From: Macrostomum lignano
Lineage: Eukaryota
DNA length: 64,000 nucleotides
Assembly (NCBI GenBank): GCA_002269645.1
Contig: NIVC01001697.1
Span: 62,001-126,000, forward strand
Direction: 5' to 3'
The number at the start of each line of letters is the position of its first letter. Position 1 is the first letter of the stretch. Under the pieces are notes generated by a model. It did no database searches. It saw only the letters and a list, made by a program, of their open reading frames with translations, and was not told where the DNA came from. This document shows positions 59,921 through 64,000 of the stretch, piece after piece. Position numbers and translations under genes: made by a program.

Positions 59921-62900
59921 TCACAAGTACTGCACCTGCACTACAAAGGTGCGAAGTTGCATCGGTCGCAGCGTCACTGTCAGGTTCTGGTCGAGCTGTC
60001 GCCTCTCGACTGCCTCTCTGGCAGCGTTCTGGTCGGCCGAGCCTCCGGCTGCGGTCGTCCGCCACTGCAGCCGCTGCATTGACGCCAAATACTGGTTGGC
60101 AGCCAGACTCAGCTCCATTGCACCGAGTATGTCGAAGGTGGCGAACATCTGGCCGAGAGCCACGGTGACGGGCTGGGACAGTGCGGGGTGCTCACCTGTC
60201 TGGTACAGATGCTCCAGTCGAAGCAGCTTTGTGTTCGGCCCGCGCCAGTCGTCCAGAGTCACCACCTGGACATTCTCAGGCAGGGGCCGACGCAGTCCGC
60301 TCCATCTTTTGACCTTGGGCTCCGCGGTCAGGTAGCCAATCAGCGGCTCTCGGTAGCGGCGATTGGCCAGCTCGCGTCGGCGACGACTAGCGGACGACAG
60401 CGATTGGTCAGCTGCGAACCAGTGCGTTACCTTGACAACCAGGCCGCGACCATCGCTGCCTTTCTCTTGCAGCGCTTCGCCGAGGCCTAGAGCGTCGTCG
60501 CGAGCCGTGATTCGATGAAGCATGATCTGATAATTCGAAATGCGGATGAAAAAGGAAGACAGTGATTAAAAGTGTACATGTGTACATGTACATATAGTTT
60601 GCTACTAGCTTGCAGGGATGCTTTAAGCACTGCCGAAAATAAACAGCCAACCCGCAGTGTCATTTCGCTGACCCCTGAGCACACACACATCAAAGACCTC
60701 TAGATCGTTGCCAGCTTGTAGCAGAACGTAGCACGCTTAAATATTGCAAAATTATATTTGAAGGTCCGCTTGTAAGCATTGCAGCTAAACTTTAAATGCT
60801 CATGACTCAGGATCAGTTGCACTTAAAATGATAATTTTTCGTCAGGTAGTTTGACATTTTGTTCTCTTTAAGATGACCCAAAGTTCGTCTTTACATGCAC
60901 ATGTATATTTACGAGCGTACATGCGGGAACGGCAGGCGTATAGTAGAGTAATGACTATGCGCAATGTTTTTTGCAGTCATACCCGACGAGTCGTACCTAG
61001 GCTAAGAAGCATCTCGATCAGAGTCCCTTGCATCGCCCCAGAGCCGTTCCAGAGTCTTTGCAGGTATCACAGGTAAAATAGAAAAGAAGTGACTCTAGAC
61101 GACTAAAAAACGACGAGATGTCGCAGTAAAAGTCGACCAAAAGGTCGTTAAAGAGTCACCTAAGAGTCAGTTTGAGGATTTTTATTGTCTGCGACTCTGA
61201 AACCACTCCGGGAGCTTCTGTAATGATCTTTCATGTACTCTCAGAACATTTCCATGTTTCATGACCTTTCATTACTCTAGGGCCGTAGATCATGTCTCGT
61301 ATCTGACGCGTGCTAGAGTCGCTGTACGAGCTAGAATCACTGAATTGCATCCAATGCTCATCTGCGTCGCTTTATGAATTAAAATTCCATTTCGCAACTG
61401 TCTGCTTGAGTTTGTAGAACATTATGCGCCAACACAACGACTCTTAGGCGACTCTTTTACAACTCTTGCAACTCACGTGATGCGCTCGTGACTCAACAGT
61501 AGCCTCTCCGTTTCATTACAGTCGTTTGAGTCTCTAAAAAGTCGCATGAGTCGCCCCAGAGTCGCTAGAGTCACAAGTGATTCTTTGGCGATTCTCGTCC
61601 ACGGTAACATTTTCAGCGGGATACCGTGACACAACGTTAACTTCTAGTGGTCCTTTACACACGGATACGTACACACGCTCACACAGGGTGTACATATGGA
61701 CAACCAAACCAAAAGGCCGGTTTTCGCTGCAAAATGCATTACTGAGATACATGTACATCAGTGTACATTTACTGATGTTAAAGAAAGTCAGGGCGACTAG
61801 TACACACACTATTGTGAATGTGCTCGCGCGAGCTCTGTGTGACAGGTCAGGTGAGTAAATAAAGACTGCCTTGCATTGTTCACCTCAATCTGCCCGTCAT
61901 TGATGCTGCTGCCGCCTTCGCTTCTGTCAGTGAGCACCGTGAAAGAGGCGCCGTCGCTCTGGTTGATGAAGATCTGGCTAGGGACGGGATAATAGTTCCC
62001 GGCCACCTTCTCCGTCTGCTGCAGCGGCCAGCTTGGTCGGTAATCGCGCACTCGACGCATCACCTGCCGACCGTTTGCGTCGGTATAGAAAGTAGCCGAG
62101 CTGCTCAGCTGTGAGTCGTAGCGCACAATGACCTCTCGCCCGGTGTTGGCGTCGTAGGGAATCGGGCCCACTGTGAGCTCGTTCTCGTTGTACTGCAGCG
62201 AGTCGCCATTGTTGGAAAATTTGCGCAACACCTGGTAGGCCCAGTCGGACCAGAGCAGGTGAGTTTCGTTCACCACCGGGCCGAATACGCCAGCGATTTG
62301 CTCGAGTGAGAACTGCTCCGGGGTCTGCCTTGTTGGCCTGAAAGTGGGTTCGATTTTTTTAAGGTGACAGGTGTGACTAGGGTAAGAAAAGCATACATAG
62401 GTCATTGAAGATCTCACCGAAACACATAAGCGCCGGAGGCTCTGAACTCTGCTCTAGAATTGTTGCCCGGATATCCGTAATAATAAGCCATGCTGGGCAC
62501 TCCGCAGCCAGCGTGCTGACTCAGCCAGTCCGCCTTCCTCTTCGATGCCGAGATCTTGCCCCTGCGGTAGCCCCCGAACAGCAGCCGGATCGGGGTGAAC
62601 GTTGAGACGCCTGGAGAGCCGGGGGCCGCGGCAGCCACTCGGTAGACAGCGAATCCCATGGCTGGAATGGCTGACACGTTGAACACCAGCTCGCAGGTGG
62701 ATTTCGCACCTGCCCGTTCAGGTACTCGCAGAGTACCATTATTCACCGGGATAGTCTGCGACATCACCGCCTGGCCATGCTCGTCGCTAACGACGTAGTA
62801 GCGCCCGGTAACCGGTATTCTGGCCAGGTGCCACACCGGGTGACTCACCGGGTTATAAAAGTGCAGGTAGAAGTCGGTGTTGGAGTCGGTGAACGGGCAA

Positions 62901-63057
62901 TAGGAGATATTAGCCAGGCCGCAGGTAGACATGCCTGAGTAGGCGGCGCTGTCTCCGGTGAGATTCGCCAAAGCAGATTGCAGCACCGGGTAGGCCCGGT
63001 CGATTCCGTTGGAGATTCGCAGCGCATAGTCGTAGGCAACTAGCTGCCTCTCCGTGC
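59921..63057 (-). CDS. MAN2B1: GH38 lysosomal alpha-mannosidase, 3' exons (5' part outside window)
   Basis: Exons 63057-62418, 62337-61884, 60526-59921, with consistent phases. GTERQLVAYDYA, FYNP, ASGAYVFRP (across a junction), FYTDANG, GNYYPV, LTDRSEGGSS, GQIE-IMLHR..DD..GLGE, LLRLEHLY, TLRPMQLRTF. The symbol means MAN2B1-like; orthology is untested. Confidence 0.93.
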
Positions 63058-63214
63058 CTGTAAAACAGCGACCCCATCAATGTGTGCACATGTGATCCGA
63101 TGGATTGGTAATACAGAAGTACTGTATTATTTTATACTGAACAATCATACATATGTAGAGGGTGTTTTCTACAATATCACCAATTCGAATAAACCCTGTC
63201 CTGCCCTCAATACC

Positions 63215-64000
63215 ACACCCTGCCGTCAACTCTACAACCTGCTCTCAACTCTACACCCTGCTCTCAACTCTACACCCTGCCGTCAACTCTACACCCTGCC
63301 GTCAACTCTACACCCTGCCGTCAACTCTACACCCTGCCGTCAACTCTACACCCTGCCGTCAACTCTACACCCTGCCGTCAACTCTACACCCTGCCGTCAA
63401 CTCTACACCCTGCCGTCAACTCTACACCCTGCCGTCAACTCTACACCCTGCCGTCAACTCTACACCCTGCCGTCAACTCTACACCCTGCCGTCAACTCTA
63501 CACCCTGCCGTCAACTCTACACCCTGCCGTCAACTCTACACCCTGCCGTCAACTCTACACCCTGCCGTCAACTCTACACCCTGCCGTCAACTCTACACCC
63601 TGCCGTCAACTCTACACCCTGCCGTCAACTCTACACCCTGCCGTCAACTCTACACCCTGCCGTCAACTCTACACCCTGCCGTCAACTCTACACCCTGCCG
63701 TCAACTCTAACCCTGCCGTCAACTCTACACCCTGCCGTCAACTCTACACCCTGCCGTCAACTCTACATCCTGCCGTCAACTCTACACCCTGCCGTCAACT
63801 CTACACCCTATCCTCAACTCTACACTCTGCTCCTAATTCCACCCTGCCCAGATTCTACACCCTGCCCCAGATTCTACACCCTGCCCTCAATTCTACACCC
63901 TGCCCCAGATTCTACACCCTGCGCCAGATTCTACACCCTGCCCCAGATTCTACACCCTGCCCCAGATTCTACACCCTGCGCCAGATTCTACACCCTGCCC
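63215..64000. repeat. 19-bp minisatellite ccctgccgtcaactctaca, switching to ccctgccccagattctaca after ~63835; mannosidase intron
   Basis: Direct units running to the window end. Confidence 0.95.

Noticed and set aside
60980-61580. gagtcg/cgactc-rich segment with partial inverted repeats in a mannosidase intron, loosely similar to 37170-37260
   Set aside because: Likely an old transposon remnant, but ends and TSD could not be defined.

Overview
Eukaryotic (metazoan) genomic DNA with GT-AG introns, GC-rich exons and about 30 different tandem-repeat arrays; no prokaryotic operons, rRNA, tRNA or CRISPR arrays were seen. The style of private minisatellites filling most introns is reminiscent of the flatworm Macrostomum, but the species is only inferred. 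Splicing exons by hand (phases consistent at every junction) gives seven genes: an intronless class A peptide GPCR (-), two tandem 4-exon neuronal calcium sensor (NCS)-family genes (+), tropomodulin (+, 3 exons), a highly divergent 7-exon Cys-loop ligand-gated ion channel (-) that the ORF track shows only as fragments, a GT32 DXD glycosyltransferase (-), and the 3' exons of a GH38 lysosomal alpha-mannosidase (-, 5' end beyond the window). Mobile DNA: a decayed Ty3/gypsy element with a half-deleted 5' LTR, probably inside the first intron of the GT32 gene; two Mutator-like elements with exact 9-bp TSDs; an hAT-type MITE with an 8-bp TSD; several other fold-back MITEs; and a dispersed SINE-like repeat present twice. 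Most long ORFs in the track are repeat artefacts. The best novelty candidate is the Cys-loop channel, which lacks the usual ligand-binding and ion-selectivity signatures. All alignments and residue numbering were done by eye; no database searches were run.
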